Notes under the pieces: model-generated | Seen by the model: the letters and a program-made list of their open reading frames with translations, nothing else | What the model was told of the DNA's origin: nothing | Databases searched by the model: none | Made by a program: the position numbers and the translations under genes | Origin: a virus | Lineage: Duplodnaviria > Caudoviricetes | Reading direction: 5' to 3' (one strand) | Virus record (IMG/VR): IMGVR_UViG_3300025875_000036 | Span: 1 to 53,211 of that record | DNA: 53,211 nucleotides | In this document: in pieces, positions 1 to 7,613 of the stretch | Layout of the letters: each line of letters starts with the position of its first letter | Numbering within the stretch: position 1 is the first letter of the stretch

Positions 1-234
1 CGCCTTAATAGTTGCGCCGTATTACATTTTATGCGTATATTTGTACATACTAAATAACTAACCGATTAAATGTTGTGAGAGATAATTTATTTGAGGGAGC
101 AAATTTACCCCCTAAAGAGGCCCGCCAAACCCTGGAGGGTATGTGTATCGCCCAACGGGAGATGAACTTTTTTAAGCCCATTGCCCCTGAGGAAATGGCT
201 ATCGAAAAGGACAACCTCGCCCAGCACGCTATCC
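1..234 (+). repeat. Direct terminal repeat / circular overlap, left copy
   Basis: 1-234 matches 52978-53211 except C108 vs A53085. Confidence 0.95.
11..54 (+). promoter_or_regulatory. Bacteroidota-type promoter with dyad box, copy 1
   Basis: GTTG at 11-14 and CGTATATTTG-TACATACTAAA at 34-54; TAnnTTTG is the Bacteroidota -7 element. Confidence 0.85.
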
Positions 235-572
235 GCCGCCAGGATGTTGAGCGCCGCAAAAAAGAGGCAAACGATGCGTTCAATGCCGAGATTAAAGAAC
301 TGAGCAAGCACTTTGACGAGACGCTCGAGGTTATTAAAACCGGCGGCGTAAACGTAGAGGAGGAGGTGTTTGACATCCCTGACTTTGAAACCCGGCAAAT
401 TGTAACCCGTGACGAGAACGGTAGTTACATCCAAGCCCGCCCCATGACCCCTGAGGAGCGCCAACGTAACCTGGGCCATGACTTAGCATACGCAAACGCT
501 ATTTTAATGAAGCCGATGCCGCCTAAAGACGACGATTTCCCTGCCGAGGAAACCGACGAGGATAATAAATAA
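75..572 (+). CDS. Phage hypothetical protein (coiled coil, acidic tail)
   Basis: 165-aa ORF (GTG start) directly after promoter copy 1. Confidence 0.75.
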   Translation: MRDNLFEGANLPPKEARQTLEGMCIAQREMNFFKPIAPEEMAIEKDNLAQHAIRRQDVERRKKEANDAFNAEIKELSKHFDETLEVIKTGGVNVEEEVFDIPDFETRQIVTRDENGSYIQARPMTPEERQRNLGHDLAYANAILMKPMPPKDDDFPAEETDEDNK

Positions 573-573
573 T

Positions 574-600
574 TTAACCGGGGCGGTATAACGCCGCCCC
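574..600 (+). other. Intergenic TTAACC + GC hairpin element
   Basis: TTAACC-GGGGCGG-TATAACG-CCGCCCC just after a stop codon, with no strong U-tract. Confidence 0.6.
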
Positions 601-615
601 TTAATTTTTATAACA

Positions 616-1353
616 ATGGAGCAAGAGATAGTCCACAACAATGAAATCACCCCGACCGAGGGTAACGGGTTTAGTTCAACCCACCAGACAATTTTAACCG
701 GCAAAGCCCTCGAGGAACGTCACGAGGAGGCGGTTAAGTTCGGCGGCATATTAAGCGCCCCGGCTGATTTCCTGGAGCAAAAAAAGTCAAACTTTTTGCC
801 CTCTGAGTGCCATGTACGGGTTGATTACCATAGTATGCAAATCGTATTCCACATGGACGAGCGCAAATTTAACGGCAACGAAGTACACGGTAAGCTCTCC
901 GAATCAAAGGTGCTAACCCGGTTCGGTATAAACACCGGTAAGGAATACAGTAATTTTGAGCTCGCTCAGCTGTTCCGCCTTAATAAATACTGGTTTGCAA
1001 GTGCCGAGGATCAGGTACGCATCATCTCGGAGTTGCAAAAGTTCCAGGCAAACGTTAGTACAAAAATAAAAGCCCATGCAGATAATAGCGGCGCGAGTTT
1101 GCAGCATTTAGAGCGGGAGGTAAACGGTATACAATGGAACAGAACCTTCCGATTAAATATACCTTTGTTTGAGGGTTACGAGCGTGTGGCGGTGCCGGTT
1201 GAAATCGGGGTTACTCCTACGGCCTCGGCGGTACGGTTCTTTTTAGAGAGCCCCGAGATTTATGAGCTGATTGAGGAACAAAAAGGCGGGTTAATTCAGG
1301 CCCAGATTGAACGGTTTAAAGACTGGGGTTGCTCTATTGTACGTATTAGTTAG
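616..1353 (+). CDS. Phage protein, possibly DUF2303/YfdQ-like
   Basis: 245 aa; the C-terminal F-x-L-x-IPLFEG...VPVEI pattern recalls DUF2303; the family call is weak. Confidence 0.5.
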   Translation: MEQEIVHNNEITPTEGNGFSSTHQTILTGKALEERHEEAVKFGGILSAPADFLEQKKSNFLPSECHVRVDYHSMQIVFHMDERKFNGNEVHGKLSESKVLTRFGINTGKEYSNFELAQLFRLNKYWFASAEDQVRIISELQKFQANVSTKIKAHADNSGASLQHLEREVNGIQWNRTFRLNIPLFEGYERVAVPVEIGVTPTASAVRFFLESPEIYELIEEQKGGLIQAQIERFKDWGCSIVRIS

Positions 1354-1380
1354 TTAACCTGGGCCGGGTAATACCGGCCC
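1354..1380 (+). other. Intergenic TTAACC + GC hairpin element
   Basis: TTAACCT-GGGCCGG-GTAATA-CCGGCCC. Confidence 0.6.
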
Positions 1381-1396
1381 CTTTATTTATAAAGCC

Positions 1397-1783
1397 ATGT
1401 ATTATATTGATTTAGGTTCAGGTGGCCATAAATTTGAAAAACAAAATTTAGTCACGCAATCAAGCCGCCGTGGCGGTTTTGATAAATATAAGTGCTCTTA
1501 TTGCGGTATGTTAGGCACGAGCCGAACACTGGGGGGGTTAGAGGTATCCGAGACTTATAAAAAAGATAATGTCTTGCTTTGCCACAAAGCCCCGCCGCCG
1601 CCCCAGAGGATAAAGATAACAAGATGCACCGCTAGCGGCCCGGCATTTAAAAACATTTTACCCGGCACGGAGCACGATGTTATAGAGCCGCCAGCCGGGT
1701 ATGCGAACACCGCCACCGGGGTATGGGTTCAAGGTTCAGGGGAGCCGGTTAAGGTTTTATCAAACGAGTATATAAGTTTATAA
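1397..1783 (+). CDS. Hypothetical protein with Zn-binding motif
   Basis: 128 aa; H...CSYC...C motif; closely packed with neighbours. Confidence 0.7.
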   Translation: MYYIDLGSGGHKFEKQNLVTQSSRRGGFDKYKCSYCGMLGTSRTLGGLEVSETYKKDNVLLCHKAPPPPQRIKITRCTASGPAFKNILPGTEHDVIEPPAGYANTATGVWVQGSGEPVKVLSNEYISL

Positions 1784-1784
1784 A

Positions 1785-2174
1785 ATGGCTGTTTACCAAT
1801 ACCCAACCGACTTAAAGGTTAAAGACACGTTCCCGCCCGAGTTAATATCAAAAAGTATACCCCAGGATTTTTTATCTAATTTTTTAGCCGATTGCGGGTT
1901 TGATATTTACATGGGGCACCCTACAAACCAGGGCGGGTTTTACGTAGCAAACCCCCGCGAGGATTTGTTGCTATTTTTGTACCCGGCCAGCCGCCCGAAC
2001 GCGGCAACCGGTAGGGCGGAGCGACACTTTGTTTTATCCGTGCCTTTCCATTACCCCGGCCCCAGGGCTGAGGTAGTAGGTTTAGAGGATATTTTTATTG
2101 ACGACCTCGGCCCTCACGGTGAGTTTAACAGGGATGCATCGGCTTTTACATATAGTTTTGATATAGGCAAATAA
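1785..2174 (+). CDS. Hypothetical protein
   Basis: 129 aa; starts 1 nt after the upstream stop. Confidence 0.7.
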   Translation: MAVYQYPTDLKVKDTFPPELISKSIPQDFLSNFLADCGFDIYMGHPTNQGGFYVANPREDLLLFLYPASRPNAATGRAERHFVLSVPFHYPGPRAEVVGLEDIFIDDLGPHGEFNRDASAFTYSFDIGK

Positions 2175-2182
2175 GATAATTT

Positions 2183-2380
2183 ATGAAAAAAGCACACAAA
2201 AGAGCCGCCGGTTATAGTATACTCGCGTTTATTTACGCGATGTTGATTTTAGTTTTTAAGTTCGCCCACCCCGAGTATAGCTGGGCCGCTGTTTTTGTTG
2301 CCTTTGGGATTATGGCTATCGTCGGCGGGGTGTTTGTAATTTTATTAATTATAGCGCTGGAGTTAATATTTGAGGATTAA
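2183..2380 (+). CDS. Small two-TM membrane protein
   Basis: 65 aa with two hydrophobic helices. Confidence 0.7.
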   Translation: MKKAHKRAAGYSILAFIYAMLILVFKFAHPEYSWAAVFVAFGIMAIVGGVFVILLIIALELIFED

Positions 2381-2381
2381 T

Positions 2382-2900
2382 ATGCAAGTTTGTGGCTGTG
2401 GCAGTTTTAAGATAGAGAACGTGGAGTTGGGTTTGTGCGGGTCTTGCAACCGGTTACGGCGCAAAGCAAAGGCACCGGCTAAACCTAAAAAAACTTATAC
2501 CCTCAAACAGGTAAGCACTAAAAAGGCGGTGGCCACACGGGCAAAAGAAAAAACCCAGCTCTCGATGCGCTCGCGAGGTGTGCGCTGGTGTGAAAGTTGC
2601 GGTTCCGCTGATAAACCTTTAAGCCATAGCCATACGATACCCGTGGGACGGGATGCATTTTTAGAAGCCGACCCGGAGAACCAGCTCTATGAGTGCTACG
2701 GCGATTCCGATAGTTGCCATTACATCTGGGAGCACGGCACCCTCGACCAGAAAATGGAGCTCCCTACCTTTGCCCGCAAAGTTAAATACATGGCCCGTGT
2801 ACGCCCGGCTTACCTGGCCCGCTTTGTCGCCAACGGCACCAATGCCGATAATTATGAGTTTTATTTAGCAAGAATCGAGGCCATTATTGAAAAAGAGTAA
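2382..2900 (+). CDS. HNH-fold nuclease, NinG/Rap-like (ATG 2382 preferred)
   Basis: CESCG...LSHSHTIP...DPENQLYEC...CH..WE, an HNH/NinG-type pattern, plus an N-terminal Zn finger. Confidence 0.65.
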   Translation: MQVCGCGSFKIENVELGLCGSCNRLRRKAKAPAKPKKTYTLKQVSTKKAVATRAKEKTQLSMRSRGVRWCESCGSADKPLSHSHTIPVGRDAFLEADPENQLYECYGDSDSCHYIWEHGTLDQKMELPTFARKVKYMARVRPAYLARFVANGTNADNYEFYLARIEAIIEKE

Positions 2901-3069
2901 ACGCCCCGCTAAACGCCGCAAAGGGCAAGAAAGGGGAGGGGATTTTTTTAAACGTAGAAACCTTAAACAGTTTATCGCCTATTTAGTAGTACACAAAATA
3001 ACCGCCGATGAGGAAAAAATTGAAGCTGGCCTGGAAAATAAAATAAAAACCAAAAAAACAAAAAAATAA
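2887..3069 (+). CDS. Small basic hypothetical protein
   Basis: 60 aa, Lys/Arg-rich; fills the gap to the next promoter. Confidence 0.45.
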   Translation: MKKSKRPAKRRKGQERGGDFFKRRNLKQFIAYLVVHKITADEEKIEAGLENKIKTKKTKK

Positions 3070-3075
3070 ATCCGG

Positions 3076-3121
3076 TTTGTGCAACTATTAATATAATTTA
3101 CGTATATTTGTATATACTAAA
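3076..3121 (+). promoter_or_regulatory. Promoter with dyad box, copy 2
   Basis: TTTGTGCA...CGTATATTTGTATATACTAAA (3101-3121). Confidence 0.85.
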
Positions 3122-3131
3122 TATATAAGCT

Positions 3132-3308
3132 ATGATATTAATAACTACTCCCGAGGTTTTCAATGCCGGTTTGGAACATCCAGACATAACGCAAACCCAC
3201 AAAGCACAAAAAGTTGAGAAGGCGGTTTTGTGCAAATGCGGACGGTTAAATTGCCCGGCTACAAAACGGCACCGGGCTAAATTATTATTTGTAACTTATT
3301 TAAACTGA
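3132..3308 (+). CDS. Small Cys/His protein (58 aa, not in the ORF track)
   Basis: MILITTPEVF...CKCGRLNC...H; starts 11 nt after the promoter; TGATG coupling with 3308. Confidence 0.65.
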   Translation: MILITTPEVFNAGLEHPDITQTHKAQKVEKAVLCKCGRLNCPATKRHRAKLLFVTYLN

Positions 3309-3607
3309 TGGAACTAATTTACAGGAGCTATGACGGCACCGTAGAATATAAATTCGTTTATATTGCTAAAACTAAATTTTACAGAACCCATTTGGGTAAA
3401 ACCTGGGCACCTTGTACCCAGTGTATAGTGTATTATAACGGACTTTTGGTTATTTGCGGCACGGTAATAAAACACCACAAGGATAAATTTAATCAAAAAT
3501 TTGCTTACACCGCCGCCACCAAAAAAGCAATGGCTATGGTGCCCGGAAAACTAACCCGCAAAGCTATATGGGATATGCTTTTTGAAAAACTTAATAATCA
3601 AACATAA
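3308..3607 (+). CDS. Hypothetical protein
   Basis: 99 aa, translationally coupled to the upstream ORF. Confidence 0.7.
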   Translation: MELIYRSYDGTVEYKFVYIAKTKFYRTHLGKTWAPCTQCIVYYNGLLVICGTVIKHHKDKFNQKFAYTAATKKAMAMVPGKLTRKAIWDMLFEKLNNQT

Positions 3608-3625
3608 TACTTAAACTAATACGCC

Positions 3626-3838
3626 ATGTGGGAAAATATAACAAATTTAGAAAACGAGCCAACCCATGAGGTGTTGGCCGCAAACTTTAAGCCGGGCACA
3701 TACGGTTTTAAAGAAAAGTTATACGGGTTTGTTAGTTACTCCGATGAGGAGGAGTGCTTTATATGCCAATCAGAGGGGGTTATACTTGAGAATGTTACCC
3801 ATTTTATTGATGTTGATTTAATACCTAAACCAGTTTAA
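3626..3838 (+). CDS. Hypothetical protein
   Basis: 70 aa with an AT-rich leader. Confidence 0.65.
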   Translation: MWENITNLENEPTHEVLAANFKPGTYGFKEKLYGFVSYSDEEECFICQSEGVILENVTHFIDVDLIPKPV

Positions 3839-3849
3839 AAATAGAAACC

Positions 3850-4341
3850 ATGAATCATTTAATTTCACAAATTGCAACCCTGGGGCGGGAGCAAGTTTTA
3901 AAGCACCTTAAAAGTAAAGGCATCCAACCCGATAAGGAGGATATTATTACCGACCGCGATACCCGTGCCCGGTTTTACCTTGTTATAAGTACTAAACGGT
4001 ATAAATCGATTGATACGAGTAAATGTACCGGGATGAACGATAAGCGCATCGCTACTATCGAGGAAAAGGTAAAAAAGTTAAACGCGGACGGGGCGTACCT
4101 TGTTTTTGTTGATGCAAAACTCGGTATATGCTACGGCGGGTATTTAAGCAAGCTCCAGCAGCCTAAAGAGTTCGACGGCATCCGCTGGCCACTAACCCAG
4201 GTCGGCCCCGCCGGGCGAATTACTTACTGGAGCGTTTTCCACATGCAAACCCTTTTTACTTTAGACGCCGCCGTTGTTAGCAAATTAGATGAGCTCGGCT
4301 CCGATAACAAATACGATAAAACCCAGGGTAAATTATTTTAG
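3850..4341 (+). CDS. Hypothetical protein, possibly degenerate PD-(D/E)XK fold
   Basis: 163 aa; the D...STK...TG...YLVFVD spacing recalls small phage restriction-endonuclease folds; weak. Confidence 0.5.
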   Translation: MNHLISQIATLGREQVLKHLKSKGIQPDKEDIITDRDTRARFYLVISTKRYKSIDTSKCTGMNDKRIATIEEKVKKLNADGAYLVFVDAKLGICYGGYLSKLQQPKEFDGIRWPLTQVGPAGRITYWSVFHMQTLFTLDAAVVSKLDELGSDNKYDKTQGKLF

Positions 4342-4344
4342 TTT

Positions 4345-5238
4345 ATGAAAATTTATGTAGCAAGTAGCTGGCGGAACGACACCCAACCGGCATTAGTTCA
4401 ATATTTAACCGAGCAAGGCCATGAGGTGTATGATTTTAAAAACCCGGCACCGGGCAACAACGGATTCGGGTGGCGGGAATTAGACCCTAATTGGCAAAAC
4501 TGGAATAATAATCAATATATCGCGGCACTTGAGCACCCCATAGCTGAGTCCGGTTACGCCAGTGATTTTAATGCCATGCAATGGGCGGATGCGTGTGTGT
4601 TAGTTTTACCGTGCGGGCGTAGCGCCCACACCGAGGCCGGTTGGATGCAGGGACAAGGTAAGCCAACAATAGTATTACTCGACCCCAACGGACAAGAACC
4701 GGAGTTGATGTATAAAATTTATTACTCAATAGAAACAACCTTTACCGGCGTTAAAAATAGCTTAGAATCTATAACAGATATACAAAATTTAACAAAACAG
4801 TTTTTGATATTTAAAGTAGGTGATTGGGTTTACTATGAATTCAAGCTCGGTAAGGTTTGCAGCCTTAACACCTGGGGAGAGGTAAACGGTATTGATTTCG
4901 GGTATAACGAGACGTTCGGCGCTTTAAACCCGAGTACGTTTCCTTTAAACATGGATAATAAACTTGTTAGCGCGGAGTTCGCGACATGGTACGACAAGCT
5001 TCGCCGGGAGGCACCCGACCTGGATATGCGTATGGTTCACCCCTACCTCGTACACCTATGGGAGGGGCTTGTTAGCGATTACTCCGAGGATAATTTTAAA
5101 ACCGTAATACAGGTACTCGATGACTTCGGCCATGCCTGTATAGACGCCCAGCACGAAAAAGACCTTTGCATGGGCACGGAACCCCGCCGGATAAACGGTA
5201 TTAGGATTTTTAATGGTTTTAGGCAAAAAACGGGTTAA
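4345..5238 (+). CDS. Nucleoside 2-deoxyribosyltransferase-like (nucleotide N-glycosidase fold) domain fused to an unknown C-terminal domain
   Basis: KIYVASSW...GHEVYDF...DFNAMQWADACVLVLPCGRSAHTEAGWMQGQGKP matches the NDT/Rcl pattern including the nucleophile Glu. Confidence 0.75.
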   Translation: MKIYVASSWRNDTQPALVQYLTEQGHEVYDFKNPAPGNNGFGWRELDPNWQNWNNNQYIAALEHPIAESGYASDFNAMQWADACVLVLPCGRSAHTEAGWMQGQGKPTIVLLDPNGQEPELMYKIYYSIETTFTGVKNSLESITDIQNLTKQFLIFKVGDWVYYEFKLGKVCSLNTWGEVNGIDFGYNETFGALNPSTFPLNMDNKLVSAEFATWYDKLRREAPDLDMRMVHPYLVHLWEGLVSDYSEDNFKTVIQVLDDFGHACIDAQHEKDLCMGTEPRRINGIRIFNGFRQKTG

Positions 5239-5312
5239 TTTGTGAACCTCGTCTCTATTTTGTAATTTAATCCAAAATTTGCCGTATAGGTAATTTTAAA
5301 TTAAACTACACA

Positions 5313-5867
5313 ATGGAGGAGCCACAAGACAACGAGTACCAATTGGGGGACAACCCCGGCTGGGCAAAATACAAAAAAATATTTTTTAGGAACGGCGAGA
5401 AGTACATGTCGGCCTGGGAGACCCTGGGGCGTATAGTACAAAGCGGGTTAACCGATGAGCAGCTTTGCGCCGTTTACGACATCGATACATCAACCTACTA
5501 TAAATGGCGGGAGCGGTATGCGGAATTTTCCGAGGCCGTTGATGTTAATAAAAGGCGGTTTGATGACGGGCGGGTTGAGGCGGCATTTTACCAACGGGCC
5601 ACAGGGTTTAAGGCCAAAGAGACCAAAGCCTTTGTTATCCAGGGTAAAATAGTTACAACCGAAGTGGATAAGTACTTTCCGCCCGACACTGGTGCCGGTT
5701 CAATCTGGCTTTACAACCGGCAACCGGACCGCTGGCGGGCGATTAGCCATATTGACTACACAAACAAAAACCCGGCGGCGGACGAGCAATTTGACACGAG
5801 TAAATTAACCGATGAGCAACTTGAGCTCTTTGAATGGCTTTTAGATATTATGCAAAAAAAGGATTAA
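5313..5867 (+). CDS. terS: Terminase small subunit (probable)
   Basis: N-terminal HTH (GLTDEQLC...STYYKW), RVEAAFYQRATG and PPDTGA..WL.NRQPDRWR are typical TerS motifs. Confidence 0.8.
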   Translation: MEEPQDNEYQLGDNPGWAKYKKIFFRNGEKYMSAWETLGRIVQSGLTDEQLCAVYDIDTSTYYKWRERYAEFSEAVDVNKRRFDDGRVEAAFYQRATGFKAKETKAFVIQGKIVTTEVDKYFPPDTGAGSIWLYNRQPDRWRAISHIDYTNKNPAADEQFDTSKLTDEQLELFEWLLDIMQKKD

Positions 5868-5870
5868 AAA

Positions 5871-6089
5871 ATGGATACAGAGCAAACCGCCAGCGCCCTG
5901 GCTAATTTAATTATCGCGTTTTTATTTTGTTTTTTTATAGGTGCCTTTATATGGCTGGCATCTACCTACGGCCTCGGGCTCACCTTTTTGATAGTTGCCG
6001 CCGTTTTATTAGTTTTAATTATTATCATTTATACCCGTTACATATATTATAAACGTTTTAAAAACCGTAAAAATGGAAATAAAAATTGA
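5871..6089 (+). CDS. Small two-TM membrane protein
   Basis: 72 aa; two hydrophobic helices and a basic tail. Confidence 0.65.
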   Translation: MDTEQTASALANLIIAFLFCFFIGAFIWLASTYGLGLTFLIVAAVLLVLIIIIYTRYIYYKRFKNRKNGNKN

Positions 6090-6309
6090 AATAGACGATG
6101 ATTTAACTAAAGAAGTTAAAACTCGAATCCCACACGATTGTATTAGTTGCGGTCAAGTTATACCCGCTAAACAGCAAGCCAGGGCGGTTAGTTACCGAAC
6201 CGATAACGGGCGTAAACTATACAAGGTGTACCAACATGCCGAGTGTGCAAAGACGGAGGATGCCAAAAAAATAGTTGTAAATAATATAACCCAAAGTTTG
6301 CAGGGTTAA
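6073..6309 (+). CDS. Small Zn-finger protein
   Basis: H-x-CISC...H..C motif. Confidence 0.7.
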   Translation: MEIKIEIDDDLTKEVKTRIPHDCISCGQVIPAKQQARAVSYRTDNGRKLYKVYQHAECAKTEDAKKIVVNNITQSLQG

Positions 6310-6338
6310 TATATTTGCGTATATTTGTACGTACTAAA
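6295..6338 (+). promoter_or_regulatory. Promoter with dyad box, copy 3
   Basis: AGTTTGCA...CGTATATTTGTACGTACTAAA (6318-6338). Confidence 0.85.
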
Positions 6339-6358
6339 AAACCTAATTAAAAACAGTT

Positions 6359-6543
6359 ATGAGAGGTAACCCATTACGAATTTTGCTATTATTGCCGTTT
6401 TAGGCTTGTTAATTTTTGCTTTTACCCGTTGCGATAGCCCCGAGGATGTTGCACCTAAAAAGGTAACGGTTGCACCAAAAACCGAAATCAAATCAGATGG
6501 AGGCATATTACGTGTTAGATGCTCGTGGTGTGATAAAGAATAA
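6359..6543 (+). pseudogene. Small lipoprotein gene broken by a 1-nt frameshift (or started at ATT 6373)
   Basis: The ATG-6359 frame stops after 14 codons; the -1 frame reads ITNFAIIAVLGLLIFAFTR-CDSPEDVAPKK...CSWCDKE* (signal peptide and lipobox). Confidence 0.55.
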
Positions 6544-6740
6544 TTAATAGTACCCTGATTGAAAGTAAAACCGGTAGAAATCTGCTCTATAGAGGGCTTG
6601 AATGGTGAATTAACACCATAGGAGAGTATTCCAGTTGTATCCCGACAGCGTTGGTTTTATGAGTAGATAATACAAGGCACCCGCCGAGGCGAGGAGAGCG
6701 TGTAAACTTATACTGGATTATAAGCAGGGTATTATTAATT
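6542..6740 (+). ncRNA. Candidate ~200-nt structured RNA
   Basis: 16-bp closing stem 6542-6557/6725-6740 with one G-U pair, several internal hairpins and a possible pseudoknot; no ORF. Confidence 0.6.
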
Positions 6741-6750
6741 TAAAGTACCG

Positions 6751-6827
6751 GTTGCCGCCGGTTCTATACACGAGGGCGTAATTTGAGGGCCGCGTTAAGC
6801 ATTGCCTGAAGCACGGGCGGCGGCAAC
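6751..6827 (+). ncRNA. Candidate 77-nt structured RNA
   Basis: GTTGCCGCCG...CGGCGGCAAC perfect 10-bp terminal stem. Confidence 0.5.
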
Positions 6828-6898
6828 TTCTTTATACATGGCCGTCAAGGTAGTGAATCAAATTCGTAAGCCGGGCCGCGTGAGTGCCCGGTAATACC

Positions 6899-6999
6899 GG
6901 GCGGTAAGGTGTATTTTGGAATAGCACGTGTGAAATAGCCCCGTTGACGGACGGTTAGCTTAGTAACAAGGAAAGCAGGTTCGAGTCCGGCACCACCCA
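6899..6999 (+). ncRNA. tRNA-like RNA with an extended, non-canonical anticodon arm
   Basis: Acceptor GGGCGGT/ACCACCC plus discriminator A; D-arm GTGT-ATTTTGGAATA-GCAC; T-arm GCAGG-TTCGAGT-CCGGC; ~46 nt replaces the anticodon and variable arms; no encoded CCA. Confidence 0.7.
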
Positions 7000-7018
7000 C
7001 AAATACTTAAAAGCAAAC

Positions 7019-7357
7019 ATGGGACTAAGAACTTTGGCAACCGCTGAGGCGGTAAAACTTAAAAAGAACGCCCCGGCGCGGGCCTTAAAAAACATTACCC
7101 CGGCCCGTATTATAGAGGAGGGATTATACGGAGTTTTAACCGGCTTTGTATACGGCAACTCCGCCGTAAAGCTCGCCCGCCGTTGCGCCCTACCTTATAG
7201 CGACCGGATTAAATATGTAACCGATGAAAACGGCGGATTTACTATTAGCAACGAACGGGCCTTTACCGCCCTGGAGTACTACGTTGCCCGGCCCGAGGCT
7301 CGGCTTGTTAACCTTTGCGATTTTTTAAGCAGTAAATCAGACAACCTTGTTTTATAA
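7019..7357 (+). CDS. Hypothetical protein
   Basis: 112 aa with an A-rich leader. Confidence 0.7.
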   Translation: MGLRTLATAEAVKLKKNAPARALKNITPARIIEEGLYGVLTGFVYGNSAVKLARRCALPYSDRIKYVTDENGGFTISNERAFTALEYYVARPEARLVNLCDFLSSKSDNLVL

Positions 7358-7359
7358 AT

Positions 7360-7611
7360 ATGGAACCTAAAAAATTTAAGGGGCAAAATATTGTGATAGG
7401 CGATACCCAGCCCCAGTACAAACCTTTGCCCGCTTTATTAATGTCGGGCAAAGAGGGCGAGGTAATAACTTGCTGGGAGTTAACCCAAGAGGAAATCGAT
7501 GAAATAGTTGCTAACCGGTGTTTATACTTGAGCCAGTTGACTTTTAACAACCCGCTACAACCGATAAAACCGATGGCAAATTTAGCGGATAATTATACCT
7601 TAATGCCTTAA
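7360..7611 (+). CDS. Conserved-looking phage hypothetical protein
   Basis: 83 aa; Q.QY.PLPA...G.VITCWELT.EE...L.Q.TF..PLQP motif. Confidence 0.75.
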   Translation: MEPKKFKGQNIVIGDTQPQYKPLPALLMSGKEGEVITCWELTQEEIDEIVANRCLYLSQLTFNNPLQPIKPMANLADNYTLMP

Positions 7612-7613
7612 AC

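Noticed and set aside
6553-6585. Hammerhead ribozyme (CTGATTGA...GAAA)
   Set aside because: The core has an extra base relative to CUGANGA, and I could not build stems II and III around GAAA.
6776-6816. Pistol ribozyme (GAGGGCCGCGTTAAGCATTGCCTGAAGC resembles its core)
   Set aside because: The pseudoknot partner for the loop (CCCTCA-like) is absent and P1 pairs poorly.
6899-6999. Canonical or suppressor tRNA, or tmRNA
   Set aside because: There is no 5-bp stem with a 7-nt anticodon loop. It has a D-stem, lacks the G3-U70 alanine identity pair and has no tag reading frame, so it is not tmRNA.
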